Origin: Squalus acanthias
Lineage: Eukaryota
Length of the DNA stretch: 64,000 nt
Assembly (NCBI GenBank): GCA_030390025.1
Contig: CM059432.1
Location: 24,988,001-25,052,000 of the forward strand
Direction of reading: 5' to 3'
Shown: positions 1 to 11,810 of the stretch, one piece after another
Layout of the letters: each line of letters opens with the position of its first letter
Position numbering within the stretch: position 1 is the first letter of the stretch
Made by a program: the position numbers and the translations under genes
Notes under the pieces: generated by a model
Told to the model about the DNA's origin: nothing
The model's database searches: none
Seen by the model: the letters and a program-made list of their open reading frames with translations, nothing else

Positions 1-257
1 ATCAACATAACTGATGGATTTTCAAGTCTAAAGGTAGTTTCAATAAACAGATGTGGTTTGATAATGTTACTTGTATGATGCACACAAAATATTTAACGGA
101 AAGGACTTCATCATGCATGGTATAAAATTTGGATTGACGACTTGATAGTTGCCAAGTGCTCCGATCACTTAGTGGGAACTTTGTGAATTCTTATTCGAAA
201 CTAAACCCACATGTATGTTAATGATAGTCCAATGGAGGAACCTGAAAAGAGCATCTT

Positions 258-600
258 GGTGGTTCTGTGGATAAATGCGGTATGTGGTGCTGCACTGAAC
301 CATACAGATCTGGGATGTCCCAGGTTCAATCCATGAGCTCTCTTGTATTAGGTGATCTTTTTAGATTTTCTACGGCCCTGGATAAAAGAGAGGGAAAAAA
401 ACTGCTTGCATCCACACTCCTAGAGCTACCCAGTGGCTGACACTTTTATGGAAAGTGTGCATTTGTGGTTGTCAGTGAGGACAGGGTCTGACTCAGCAGT
501 GAGGCTACCTCCAGTGTTGAATATTTTGATGACACTCACAAATAAAGAATAGTTTTCCAGGTGAGTTACCACCCCATCATAGCTGAATCCAATCCCAAAT
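258..600 (+). mobile_element. Degraded tRNA-derived SINE, AmnSINE2-like
   Basis: ctgaaccatacagat..cccaggttcaatcc head, then ggaaagtgtgc..gtgaggacaggg body; same motifs recur at 6320, 21110, 44715 and 47215. Confidence 0.55.
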
Positions 601-804
601 CCCAGTCCTAGCTCAATACATAATTTTATAGTTTAATTATCTCCCAAGTGATGCACTGGACTATCTTTCATATTCATCTGTTATGAAAGAGCGAACACTA
701 CAGTCAGCTCTTTTCGAACTTTAAAGAACTTCATCACCGTTGTGACAGCAGTGAGCAGAGCTTTACATGTGTGCTTCAGCATGTGCAGGGAAAGAAAGAG
801 AATG

Positions 805-945
805 AAAAGAAAGCAAGAAAACAGCAACGCTTACATAGCACCTAAACATGTCCTCAAGATGTCCCAAAGTACTTTACATGTAATGAATTATGCTTTTCAT
901 GAAGTGTAGTCACTGTTGTTATTTAGGTAAATATGGCAGTGTAGA
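805..945 (-). mobile_element. SacSINE1/DeuSINE 3' fragment
   Basis: Reverse complement of the SINE tail (gatgtcccaaag..gaagtgtagtcactgttgt) seen in the full copy at 18950. Confidence 0.6.
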
Positions 946-1569
946 GGAGAAGGAAGTCCTCACCAGACCACAGTCCTGTGTATCCTGTGGCCAAACCAAG
1001 AGAGATAGGCATTAGTCTGACAGCTGAATGTGCTGCTGTCCTCTTGGCTGCAGAAGTGCATCATTTCCCTGATGGCAGCTGAAAGGGGAAAAATGTACAA
1101 GGATAATGATGCCTCTCATTAAGGGGCAGATACCTTCATCCCTAAAGGTTAAGTGGAAAAAACAACATTCATTGTAATAATTGATACCAGTATAGAGGGA
1201 ACATGGTTATCTGATGATGGAACATAGACAACCTGACCACATTGTAGTTTGTGGATTGTAAGTTACAATTCTTTAAAGAAATTTGATTATCGCCCAAAAG
1301 AGGCAGTTTATGTAGTGACTCGTGTGTTTAGATAATCATGATAAAATGAAGTTGTCGTACTACGTACTAGATCTGAAGTAACATTTCTTGATGCACGCAT
1401 ACTGTTGCTTTTCCGTGCTATAAAGGCTTAGATATCCATGAGGCAGATACATAGCACTGCTGGATCACCTTACCAAGCCCCAATTAACTTTTAGTCAACA
1501 GTTAACCCAAGTAAACAGAAGACCCACAGGGCTGACCCCTAGCATCAGAGGATTGAATTAATGATTTAA

Positions 1570-2470
1570 AAAAACTGGAGAAACTGGGACTCATTAATTT
1601 GGAAGGTTGAAAGAGAAGTAGGTGTCTTAGTAGACTCAATGCGCAACATGTCCTAGCAACGCAGAGCAGGAATCAACAAAACCAATAGAATATTGAACTA
1701 TATAGCCAAAACAGTAGAAGATAAGTCAGAGGAAGTTGTGATCAAGCTGGTCAGACCACACCTGAATACTATGTGCAGTTCTCAGCACCAAGAAACAAGG
1801 AGGCATTCAACCACTGGAGGCACTGCAGAGAAGCACCACTCGGCTAATTCCAGTGTCAGGGGTTTGAGTTATGAATGAAGAACTGGAGAGACTTGAGTTT
1901 TTCAGCATGAAAAGGAGACATCTGTATGAAAAAGGTTAATTGGGGTTACTACTACAAATTAAGCAGTGGGAGTAGGATAATGGGACACAGGTTCAAACTG
2001 GTAAAAGGTAACTTTAGGATTGATATCAAGCGGTTCTTCTTCATGCACAAAGTGATTAAAACTTGGAATAGACTGCTGGGCAGACTGTGGAGGTGAAAAC
2101 CCTGGCAGCATATAAGAAACAACTAGATACAGCAATAGGGGAGTGCATGGTTCTTCTGAATGGAAAAAATTAAGATGAACTGAATGGCCGCCTTCATCTT
2201 TTTGAGAATCCCATGATCTCATGAAAGGAGGCATCTGACAGTAGAATTTATAGAGGTACAGAAGATATTAAATGGTATAGAAAAGTTAAATCCAGAGCTC
2301 TAGTCAAGGTAAGCCAAGAAAGCAAAACAAGAGGGGTATAAGCTGTTACAAGTCAATTCAGCAGAGATATCTAGAAGAACTTTTGCACACACAAAGTGAA
2401 CAGCACTTACAGTTACAATAGCGGAGGCAAAAATATTGGATTCATTCCAGTTGAATGATGTGATGGAAGG
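1570..2470 (+). mobile_element. Cluster of old CR1 LINE 3' fragments
   Basis: Decayed ORF2 C-terminus (KLVRPHL..), aaagtgattaaaacttggaatagactg and 3'UTR-like motifs. Confidence 0.65.
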
Positions 2471-3319
2471 ACCTTAAGGCCAATTTCTCTATGGCAAAAA
2501 CAACCTGTAATACCTCTCTACCAATCATGTGATACCTTTGTGTACATCACCAGACTGGTCATTGATGTGTCAGCACTGACACATTGTCCACAGTATAAGG
2601 ATTTACGGCTGAGGTCTGAATTCTAGGATGTTTTTAATATCTACAAATCTAAATCAAAATGATATTCACAGCATTGTAAAAAGTAATAAGTACAAGGCAG
2701 TTAAAGGCAGTAACCTCATTTCAGGGTTCACACAACTTGTACAAACCACTTGAGCTTCTCCTTTGCAGTTAATGACCCCATTTGAATGCACTCAATTGTA
2801 TTATTGCCTTGTAATTTCCTTCCAGATATCTTTTACTGTCCATGTAAATTATGGTGAGGGAGATGTTGGCATTTTATTAAATGTTCATAACATTGGGACA
2901 TAAGACTTATTTGCTAACATCTGCACTGTGTTTCAATACACAACAGTGTTTTTGCTCATGATCGCTGTCCAGTGACCCTTCCCAAGTAGTGTACCATTGT
3001 GACTGGCAGGAGAAGACACTCTGGTTGTACGCTGGTTAACAGGTTTGTGTGAAATTTCTTTGCGATTATTAATGTAGTCATTAACCCACCTGCTTTAAAA
3101 TTGCCCATACAATGGTGTCTTTTCCAATCGGCGCTACTCCCATACGAATACTTTCTGTTGCTTGTGCTGTTCACACAGAAACAGCAATTGTCAGAAAATA
3201 TAGTCCAAGGGATTTTATGTGGGCATATTAACCAGTGCACCCTTTAGATTAGATATGACTTTTGGCAATGCTAACATGCTGCATTTCAGAGTTAGATACT
3301 GCTTCGGCAGAGTATCTCC

Positions 3320-3854
3320 CCCATCTGGAATACTGCGTTAAGTTCTAAGCACCGCATCTCAGGAAAGATATATAAGCCTCGGAGGGGGTGCAGCGCAGAT
3401 TCACCAGAATGATATCGGGGTTTAACGGGCTAAATTATGATGAAAGGTTGCATAAACTTGGCTAGTATTCCCTTGAGTATAGAACATCCTAGAGAAAATG
3501 ATTAAAGGATTTGATAGGGTAATAAAGATAATCTATTTTCTCTGGTGAGGGAATCCAAAAAAAGGAGCCCTTATCTTAAAATTAGAGGCAGGTCAATCAG
3601 GAGTGAAATCAAAAAAGCACTTCTTCACACAAAGGCTAGTAGAAATCTGGAACTCTCTCCCCCAAAAGGCTGTGAATGCTGGGTCAATTGAAGCTTTTAA
3701 GACTGAGATCGATAGACTTTTGTTAGATTAGGGTATCAAGGAATATGGAACAAAGATGGGTAAATGGGGTTGAGTTACAGATTAACCATGATCTAATTGA
3801 ATGTCAAAACAGGCACGAGGAGCTGAATGGCCAACTCCGATTCTTATGTTCCTA
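3320..3854 (+). mobile_element. CR1 LINE 3' fragment
   Basis: catctggaatactgcg..agattcaccagaatgat; 3'UTR gctgaatggccaactcc and ttcttatgttccta tail. Confidence 0.85.
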
Positions 3855-3861
3855 GTACAAA

Positions 3862-4052
3862 GAAGAAAATTGGGTGGGGAGGATTGCATGCCTGTAACAG
3901 AGCCAACCTGATTTACTATCCATCCGTTAAAACATACAGAAAATTGGGTGGGCTCTATCACAGGCATGTAATCCGCCCCACCCGATTTTCCTCTTTTCGG
4001 TCTGCCTAGGTGATTATTTAACGCCCAAGCAAAAAAGAGGAAAAACTGCCCC
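3862..4052. mobile_element. Short palindromic MITE-like remnant
   Basis: About 50-bp inverted arms at 3865-3914 and 3941-3990; Harbinger-like terminus aaaaactgcccc at 4041-4052. Confidence 0.55.
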
Positions 4053-4699
4053 AATGATTCATATTATAGTCCTCTGTTCACTCCTGAAATGGAGCAATTA
4101 ACCTACTGAACATAAATAGGTTTACTCAACCGTTACAACAGCAGATGGAGAAATGTTATGAGCACGTTTAATGTTTGTCCACTGTTATCACAAACCGTAA
4201 TTTTGAGGCTCATATGTCTTACTAAAATACCTGTACCATATTTAAATGGACAATATCTTAATAAGGAAGGCACTTGTCACAATCCATTTGGTTGCTTTTG
4301 GAGGAAGAAGAGTCAGAAGGACCATGAATTGTTTGCAGCATAATAATGCCAAGCCCAAGTGACATGATAAATAATATAAGAACATTTAGGAATAGATGAA
4401 ACTTGTTAGGACCATTGGGGCCATTGACTTTTGATAGATCAGCCCCACCCACGCACCTACCTTACCACCAATTCCTCAATCTCTTCTCTCCAAAAATGAA
4501 TCTGATTGTCTTGAACTCATTCATACCACCCACTTCAATGTACTTCAGTGAACTGTGGGTATCATAATTCACCTGAATTCCCTGCTTACTCCTAATTTCT
4601 TAACTTTTAACTTGCATCCCTCAGTATTTCAGCCCCTCATTATAGTGAACAATTTGTCTGGATTAATTCCCTTCACACAGTTTCTCCTTCCATGCCCAA

Positions 4700-5480
4700 T
4701 TGGTCACTCAAGGTGTCCCCCATAGCATCTTACTTGATCACCTCCAATTTATGATCTACATGTTACTGGGATCATCTGTAAACATTGCATTAGATTTCAC
4801 ATGGATACTAATGACACACAATTCTACCTCTTCATCAGCTGCTAAGACTGCTATGGAACTTTCCATATGTCTGTTTGACACAAATAACATTTCTTCTAGT
4901 TCAACGTTGGAAAAACGAGAGCCATTCTTTTTATTTCCCAGCTGGATTAGGTACTTCATAGCCTTGATTTTGGACTTAACGCCAAACTGACCTTCATATC
5001 TCACACTCTATCAAGAACTATATTTTCCACCTCAGGAACATTGTCCGCTTATGCCGCTACCTTTCTCTCCCTCTTCCACTAAAAGTGTAACTCATGGCTT
5101 CAGTACATAGAGGACTGCCTTCTCAAGTGCCTTGCTCACTAGCTTTCCTCACTCTTCACAAACCCATTTAATTCAAAACTCTATGGCCCATCTGGCCCTT
5201 GTGTCCCAGCAGATTGATTTTGAAGCCCTATTACTCATTTTCAAATCTCTCCCTATTCGAGTGATCTCCTCCAACTTTCATGTTCCAGTATGTGGCCTCC
5301 GTTCCTCTGACTCTGGCTCACTACTCCTCCCCTTCTCCCTACAGTGCTTCTACCATTGATGGCTGATCCGCCAGTCGTAACATCCATGCCATGTACAACT
5401 CTCTACCTAAACCACCCTGTCCCAACACTCCTCTCAATTCTTTCAAAACCTTTTCCTTCCTTCATGTTTTCAGTCCATAC
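4700..5480 (+). mobile_element. Degraded L2 LINE fragment
   Basis: VTQGVP..IYM RT motif; similar to the younger L2 at 33865-35575. Confidence 0.7.
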
Positions 5481-6319
5481 TCTATTTTTTCCTGACATTC
5501 CTCACTGTGAATGCCCGCTGCACAAATGGAAATTGTACTTCTTTTAATCTTGAAAACCATCTCTTTTTTCCCCCAAAGAAAATAAACCCAATGCACCATA
5601 CATCATCCAGTAATTGGTTTGACAAACCTCTTTTGTTTGTCTACAAATGTTTTTTTTCATGGAGACAGTGCCCCTTTAATCTCTTGCTCCTACCAAAGAT
5701 AAATTTCATTAAAAAAAATTGTAATTAACCATAGACCGAGCTCTAAGTTTTTCTTTTGATTGCACCATTATGCATTTTCTTTTGAATTTAACATTTGATT
5801 ATTCCTGATATGAATAGCAGGAGGTCAAATAAGCTGCCCAGAGCTGTCAGTTTGTTTATCTTCCTGAGAAAAGATGTCCCAATCAGATATCATAGGATGA
5901 AGAACTAATTGCTTTACAATTAATTGGCAATAGAAGTTTTTAACCAACTACAGCTGCAATCTGTTAAGTGCTGAACAATGGCTAATTATTCCCCCATATT
6001 TCCACACCTTTCCTTGTTCTCTGCTGCTAAATACAGTGTCAAAAGCTACTCAGTGTGTAATGTAATCGGAGACAATCGCATTACGACAGTGCAAGGTAAC
6101 CAGGTAGATTATCCTGTGATGAAGTGGCACTGCAATCAAGATTAATTACACATTGTGCAGAACAGTGGTGTAATTATTATGCAGTGTTATCCATTACCAA
6201 TATAGTTTGTCATTATAAGGAAGAGATGCATGAAATAGTGGTGGATATGTAAATACTTCACTGGTCTCAAGGTCTCCTTCTGGATTACATTGCATTTTCT
6301 TCCCTAAATTTATAAAAAT

Positions 6320-7385
6320 CCCATAATCAATCCCTGGTCTGTGCTGGTTACATCTAGAGTATAACAATTGACCACAATATCCTTGGGATAAAAAGGGGCA
6401 AATCAGCCTGGGGTCCTGGGCCTGATAATTGTGTGCGTGTCAGATATAGACACCGTTGCGATGGGCTGGATTTTGCCAATGGGGAGCTTTTGGAGGCGGG
6501 ACTCCCACTTGTCGGGTTTTAGTCCTGCCTCCATCGACTTCTGGCCAACCCACGCTATTTTCCCTTGATTGACCTTGTTAAGCCCGCCCAGCGGGCTTAG
6601 CAGGCCAATTAAGGGAAAGCCGGTTACAGAGAACGTCAACGTATGACGTTTCATCTGTTAAAAATTTTTGACAGATGAATTGTCATTGTTTGACAGCTCT
6701 GTGAAGCTGTCAAACACTGACATTCTCTGTAGTTTGATGAGTTCTTGAATTCAAGACTCATCAAACCTCTTTATTTAGCAGAAATTAGATGGTTGTTGCA
6801 TTGGAGAATGCAACGGCCATCTGTCATCTCTGCCGCGGAGGTGCGAGACTCTCCGCATACCCACCGATTGACGCCTGCAGGAAGAAACAAAGGTAAGTAA
6901 ACTTTTTCTAACACTTTCCACTTACCTCACATACTCACCTCTCCACACTTGCACGCATCACTTACCTTCACAGCGCACTTTTGCACCCCTCCGACCCCCG
7001 CAGACACACTGCTCGCCTCGGTGACCCTGGCGGGGTTCGCAACCTTCGGGAAGCCCGCACTTGTGTGGGTAAAATGGGGAAAATCCTCTTATCTGCCTGT
7101 TAACTACCTGTTAACAGGCAGATAAGTGGCACTAATCCCCTTCCCGCCTCCAAGGAGATAGGACCTGACGCAGGTCGGCTACCCGCCTCCTGGCAAGATG
7201 GCATGGGGGCGAGTTGGGCACCCGCCCCCAGATTCTGCCATTTTCGCGGCAGTTCCGCCTCCCAGGGCTGGCAAGATCGCGCCTGATGTCTTATGTGCTC
7301 TAAAAGCCTGTCATGGTAATGGCAACTTCAGTGAAGTACAGAAAGGTGGCTGGTGCCTGTGGAACTGTACCTCAGACAGGAGTTA
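6320..7385 (+). mobile_element. AmnSINE2-like SINE split by a MITE at 6463-7284
   Basis: caatccctggtctgtgctg..aaatcagcctgggg before the MITE; tggcaacttcagtgaagtac..cctgtggaactgtacctcag after it. Confidence 0.5.
6463..7284. mobile_element. Non-autonomous PIF/Harbinger-type element rich in internal hairpins
   Basis: TIRs GGGCTGGATTTTGCCA and rc AGGCGCGATCTTGCCA (12/16); 3-bp TSD GAT at 6460-62 and 7285-87. Confidence 0.75.
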
Positions 7386-7399
7386 ACACGTAAGAAAGG

Positions 7400-7940
7400 A
7401 ATATAAAAAAGTAGTGAAAACATTTTCATAAATATATAAATGCCTTGCCGGACAACCTGTCCAAATGGATTGCTCACTGGGGAAGCAGCCAATGAATGTG
7501 GTCATGTTCTGACAGGTATCTTTAGGGAATCTTGGGAAACAGGAGTGGTAACTGTGGATTTGAAAAGGACAAAGATAATACAAGTATGTAAAAAAGCTAT
7601 AAAGAATAATCCTGGCAATTCAGGTTAGTGAGCAGGTCATCTGTAGCAGATGACCTTTTAGAGATTGTCCTGAAGTTGGGAATAGCGATCATAGGGTCAG
7701 CGTGATTTTCTTGGGGGATGGGGGTGGGGGCGGGCGGTGGGGGGGGGGGGCCCCGGAGGATGTGGAAATATCTCTTACAAATCTATGAAGTTCTTCAAAG
7801 AATTAATGAATTTGAAAGGGAAACAGTATTATGGTTTTAGTAAAGTTTTTGACCGAAGACCGCACAGAAGGTTGAAAGTGTGGAATTGGAGAGGAGAGAG
7901 TGGAGAGAGCTTCTGAAATGGATATAAAATTGACTGATCA
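7400..7940 (+). mobile_element. Highly degraded CR1 RT fragment
   Basis: Remnants of the PGPDG..NVT..KK..NPGN, QHGF..CLTNL and DF.KAFD.VPH regions. Confidence 0.6.
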
Positions 7941-7954
7941 GAGGAAAGAGGAAG

Positions 7955-8388
7955 CACCTCCTAAACCCCCAACCTCTACCACCTTGAAGCACAAAGGCAG
8001 CATACGCTTGGGAACATCATTACCTTCAAGTTCCCATGCAAGACACACACCAATCTGACTTGGACATATATCACGATTTCTTCATTGTCACTGACTCAAA
8101 ATCTCGGAACTTCCTATCTAACTGCATTATGGGATAAAGAAAGAAAGAAAGACTTGCATTTATATAGCGCCTTTCACGACCACCGGATGTCTCAAAGCGC
8201 TTTACAGCCAATGAAGTGCTTTTGGAGTGTAGTCACTGTTGTAATGGCAATGATACCTTCACGGACTGCTGCAGTTTGAGAAGAAAGCCCATCACCACCT
8301 TCTCACGGGCGACTAGGGATGGGCAATAAAAATTCTGGACTGGCCAGCGACGCCCAAATCCCAAGAATGAATTATAATTAAAAAAAAC
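7955..8388 (+). mobile_element. Crack/CR1-group LINE 3' end, interrupted by a SINE tail
   Basis: Same sequence as the reverse complement of 20440-20955; ends gggcaataaa..gccagcgacgcccaaatcccaagaatgaa plus A-tail. Confidence 0.75.
8137..8246 (-). mobile_element. SacSINE1/DeuSINE 3' tail
   Basis: aaagaaagacttgcatttatatagcgcctttcacgacc is the reverse complement of the SINE tail. Confidence 0.8.
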
Positions 8389-8487
8389 TTGGTGAGATCC
8401 CTCCCTTTGCTACCAGCTCATACTGTAAAATCAGGGTGTTTTGCTCATCATTTCCTATCCATTCGTTTTAATGACCAGGCACCAGGA

Positions 8488-8610
8488 CCTCCACCTTCTG
8501 TGGCAAGTTTAATGGGCAGTTAATGTGCAACTCTAGCAAGTTCTTAAAAATAACGGGGAGGCTAAGGGCGAGATGCCATTTGGGTGAAGCATTGTGTAAT
8601 AACTATGTGC
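8488..8610 (-). mobile_element. Inverted fragment of the MITE family at 8858-9526
   Basis: Reverse complement aligns to 8905-9020 (catctcacccttagccttccc..aagaacttgctgga..ttaattgccc). Confidence 0.65.
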
Positions 8611-8724
8611 ATTGTTAACATGCCATTATTGTTTCAGCAAGATTCGGTTCAATGTAATTGATCCATTAGTTATTGAGATCAGCTTTCGGTACTGCAAATA
8701 ACTCATGAATTCTTGTGTAGGTGT

Positions 8725-8855
8725 CTGGCGTGGCTCAGTTGTAGCACTCTCACCTCCGAGTCAGAATGTTTGTGGTTTCAAGTCCCACTCCAGAGACTTG
8801 AGTACATAACCTAGACTGAAACTTCAGTTCGTACTGAGAGAATGCTGTACTGTTC
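8725..8855 (+). mobile_element. SacSINE1 tRNA-derived head
   Basis: A box tggctcagttg and B box gtttcaagtccc; matches 18950-19080. Confidence 0.75.
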
Positions 8856-8857
8856 GA

Positions 8858-9526
8858 TGATCGGAAAGTCAGTACCACCATCAATGCAGCAATCTCTCAG
8901 CGCACTGTTATTTCACAAATAATGCTTCCAACAAATGACATCTCACCCTTAGCCTTCCCATTCTTTTTAAGAACTTGCTGGATTTGTACATTAATTGCCC
9001 TTTAAACTCACTGTGGAGGATGATTAACAGCATAACTACCCTTTTAACGATGTGGTAATTGTTAATACAATGCCAATCAATGGCTCTGGCCCAGAAAGGG
9101 AACAGTTTGAACTGTGGCGTCTCATTACTTCAGATGGTAAATTGATCTTGGAGATTTTTAAAATTTCAAATTTTAAACGTTTTAATTTTTTTCTTACTTT
9201 ACCTTTGTCTCCTTTTCTCTCTCTCTCTCTCCATCCAATCTTTCTTCCCCACTCTTTATTTCTCTTTCTGTACCTGATTTGACTCTAGTTTACCATCCTT
9301 CGCCATCTGTTTCTTTCTCAATCTTTAAATTTCATTGGTTAAGGAGATACACTGTTGGTCCCGCCATTCACTAAGGTCCTAGATGCCCCGTTGGCATCGG
9401 CACACCGTTATCAGCTCGCCCGCCCAGCAAGTTATGGTGCAAAAACATTCTGAGCTGATGGGTGCAGGAAATAGTCTAATTAATGGCGTATGCCGCGAGA
9501 TGCCCCGTTCCAGCACGATTTGGCCC
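8858..9526. mobile_element. Harbinger-type MITE (family A)
   Basis: Right end ccagcacgatttggccc; body collinear with 37803-38545. Confidence 0.65.
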
Positions 9527-10201
9527 TCGACAATGAAAGCTTATTCATTTTCAGTCATGAAGTTCAGCATAGAAAGATCACAGCAGAGTGGTTCTATTAC
9601 TGTCATTCAGTGAAGTGATTAATCAATCACAATAACAGACATTGCCTCATATAACAATGAAGACTTTTGGCTGATGATTTTTTGAAATTGCTCAGGTATT
9701 ACATTTTTTTCTTGGGGAATAATTCAGGATGAGAGCATTCAGGTTTGAGAAAGGGCGACAGAGCAAGGATTAAGGTAAAAGTGCTCCTGGTGGCTTGTGA
9801 AATATGTTGAAGCACTGGAAATAAGGTACTGCTGACACTCACACCTGTAGAAAATGAGTGGCCATAAGGCCTCATGCTACACAATGAAAATTACCAAGCT
9901 ACAAATTACATTTTACATCAAATGAAATTACATTGAGATTCCTAAACATAGAGCACGATGTATTACTCAACATGCTTCAAGGCAAGTCTGAGGTAATTTA
10001 AGCCACAGCAATGTAAGAAATATGCATTTGGTTCTCTACTCTGAGTCTCTCGGAATCTCGGACATATTTTTAGTTGGAATTTGAAATATAACAGAGTTAG
10101 AACTGGCGTGTCAAACCCTTCCCCCTTCCAACACCTCACAGCTGCTCCATAATTTAAAAAATGGCCCACCCAGCAGCTCCTGATTGAAGATTAAACATTA
10201 C

Positions 10202-11520
10202 GGCCTTGACTTTCCGCTAGGGGCGCAATTGGAAAATTGAGCAGTGGGATAGTGTAAAAGGTAAGGGTAAAAATTGTCCCCTTCAGGGTGAGGCTAGAGG
10301 CCACAAGGTAAGCAGCACTTATCTCTGTCCTGCAAACTTTTAAAACTTTACACAGTAATTTATTTACAACACTCTGAACAGTCTGAAAGTATTTGTAACT
10401 TTTCCCTTCCTGCAGATAATTGACATTGAGAAGAACGATGCCTGGAGGAGGCCTTCAGCTTCACAGAGAAGAACTCTCAAGCCCTCTTCGATAAGGTTAA
10501 GGCACAGCAGGGGCGGCTGCTTGCCTCATCAGGGGCGCTGTCCTCATGGGCGGTGGTGGCTGAGGCACTCAGTGCCTCATCCATAGTCCAGAGTACAGCG
10601 GGCCAGTGCCGCAAGAAGTTGAACGACCTGACAAGGTCAGGGAAGGTAAGAACTTTATTTCCCGTACTTTCTGCCATGCCCAATCTGTCAGGAAAAGGCA
10701 AAGCAACTGAGACAGTGACCTGTCGGAGAGGTCAAAATCCCTCCTCCCAACAGATACACAACAGTAGCTCTTAACACTTTTTGATCTTTTCCTTTTGGCT
10801 TTGCAGGGCAAGAATGTGCACAATGCACAGGTGAGGTTGAGGAGTGGTGGGGGTTTCACAAACCTCTGGACATTGATCTCCACGAGCAGAAGGTGGTGGA
10901 GCTGCTGGGGAACTGCACCATCGTGGCTGTGGTGGCGGCAGAGGTGGGTGGGTAGAGTCCACAACCCGGTGAGCACCTACCCTTTGAACACTTCTCAACT
11001 CTTCTGTACAGCACAGTGGCTCAGGGTTGCGACCCCCATCCCCTTCCCTCCCTCCTCCGTGGCAAGAATTCTAACCCTGCCATCCTTGTGTCAGAGTCTG
11101 CTGCGGTGATTTTCAGAAGCATTACACAGGGGACGGTGCAGTTGACTGCTGCCTTGGAGGAGTTGGCAGGGGATGAATCGGAGGAGGTGGAGGTGGATGA
11201 GCGGGATGAGGTCCCTGGGCTCCAACAATAACATGGACAACCTTGCCGGCCTGGTGTCAGAAACTGCTGCGGTGATCTGCACCAGTATTGCATAGGTGGC
11301 AGCTCAAGTGCAGGTACCCATGCAGCACTTGACTGCTGCCTTGGGATATCCGGCAGGTCCCCTGCAAGGGGTTGGTGAATTAGAAGCCAGGGCCCCCAAA
11401 CTCAGACATCTGCTCTTCAGGCCTTTGGAGACAGACTGGAGGACACGATGCCTGGTGGTTTTCAGTGTGCCAGTGAGGCCTAGTGGGATCCGGCTGCTGC
11501 CATCAATCCATCCATCAGGG
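10202..11520 (+). mobile_element. Decayed PIF/Harbinger transposon, left part carrying the Myb/SANT gene
   Basis: Terminus GGCCTTGACTTTCC at 10202; spliced Myb-like coding remnants; truncated by a SINE at about 11520. Confidence 0.7.
10430..10920 (+). pseudogene. Harbinger Myb/SANT (trihelix, NAIF1-like) DNA-binding protein remnant, two exons
   Basis: Exon ending at 10645 reads FSFTEKNSQALFDKVKAQQGRLL..WAVVAEALSASSIVQSTAGQCRKKLNDLTRSGK; GT-AG intron 10646-10806; next exon GKNVHNAQVRLRSGGG..(frameshift)..EQKVVELLG. Confidence 0.8.
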
Positions 11521-11810
11521 CGGTGGTGCCATCTTTCGGGTGAGACATGAAACCATCTGCTCTCTCAGGTGGACATAAAAGATCCCATGGCACTATTTCA
11601 AAGAAGAGCAGAGGAGTTCTCCCCGGTGTCCTGGCCAATATTTATCCCTCAACTAACATCACAAAACCAGTTTATCTGATCATTATTTCATTGCTGTTTG
11701 TGGGACCATGGTATGCGCAAAATGGCTGTCATGTTACTTAAAACGCTTTGGGACATCCTGAGTTCATGAAAGGCGCTATACAAATGCAAGTCCTTTTTTC
11801 TTTCTTTTAC
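11520..11810 (+). mobile_element. SacSINE1/DeuSINE, 5'-truncated
   Basis: Deu domain ctctcaggtggacataaaagatcccatggcactatttc..gttctccccggtgtcctggccaa; tail aaaggcgctatacaaatgcaag. Confidence 0.85.

Noticed and set aside
7713..7751. G-quadruplex-like G runs
   Set aside because: Homopolymer expansion within a dead CR1; no functional context and error-prone in sequencing.
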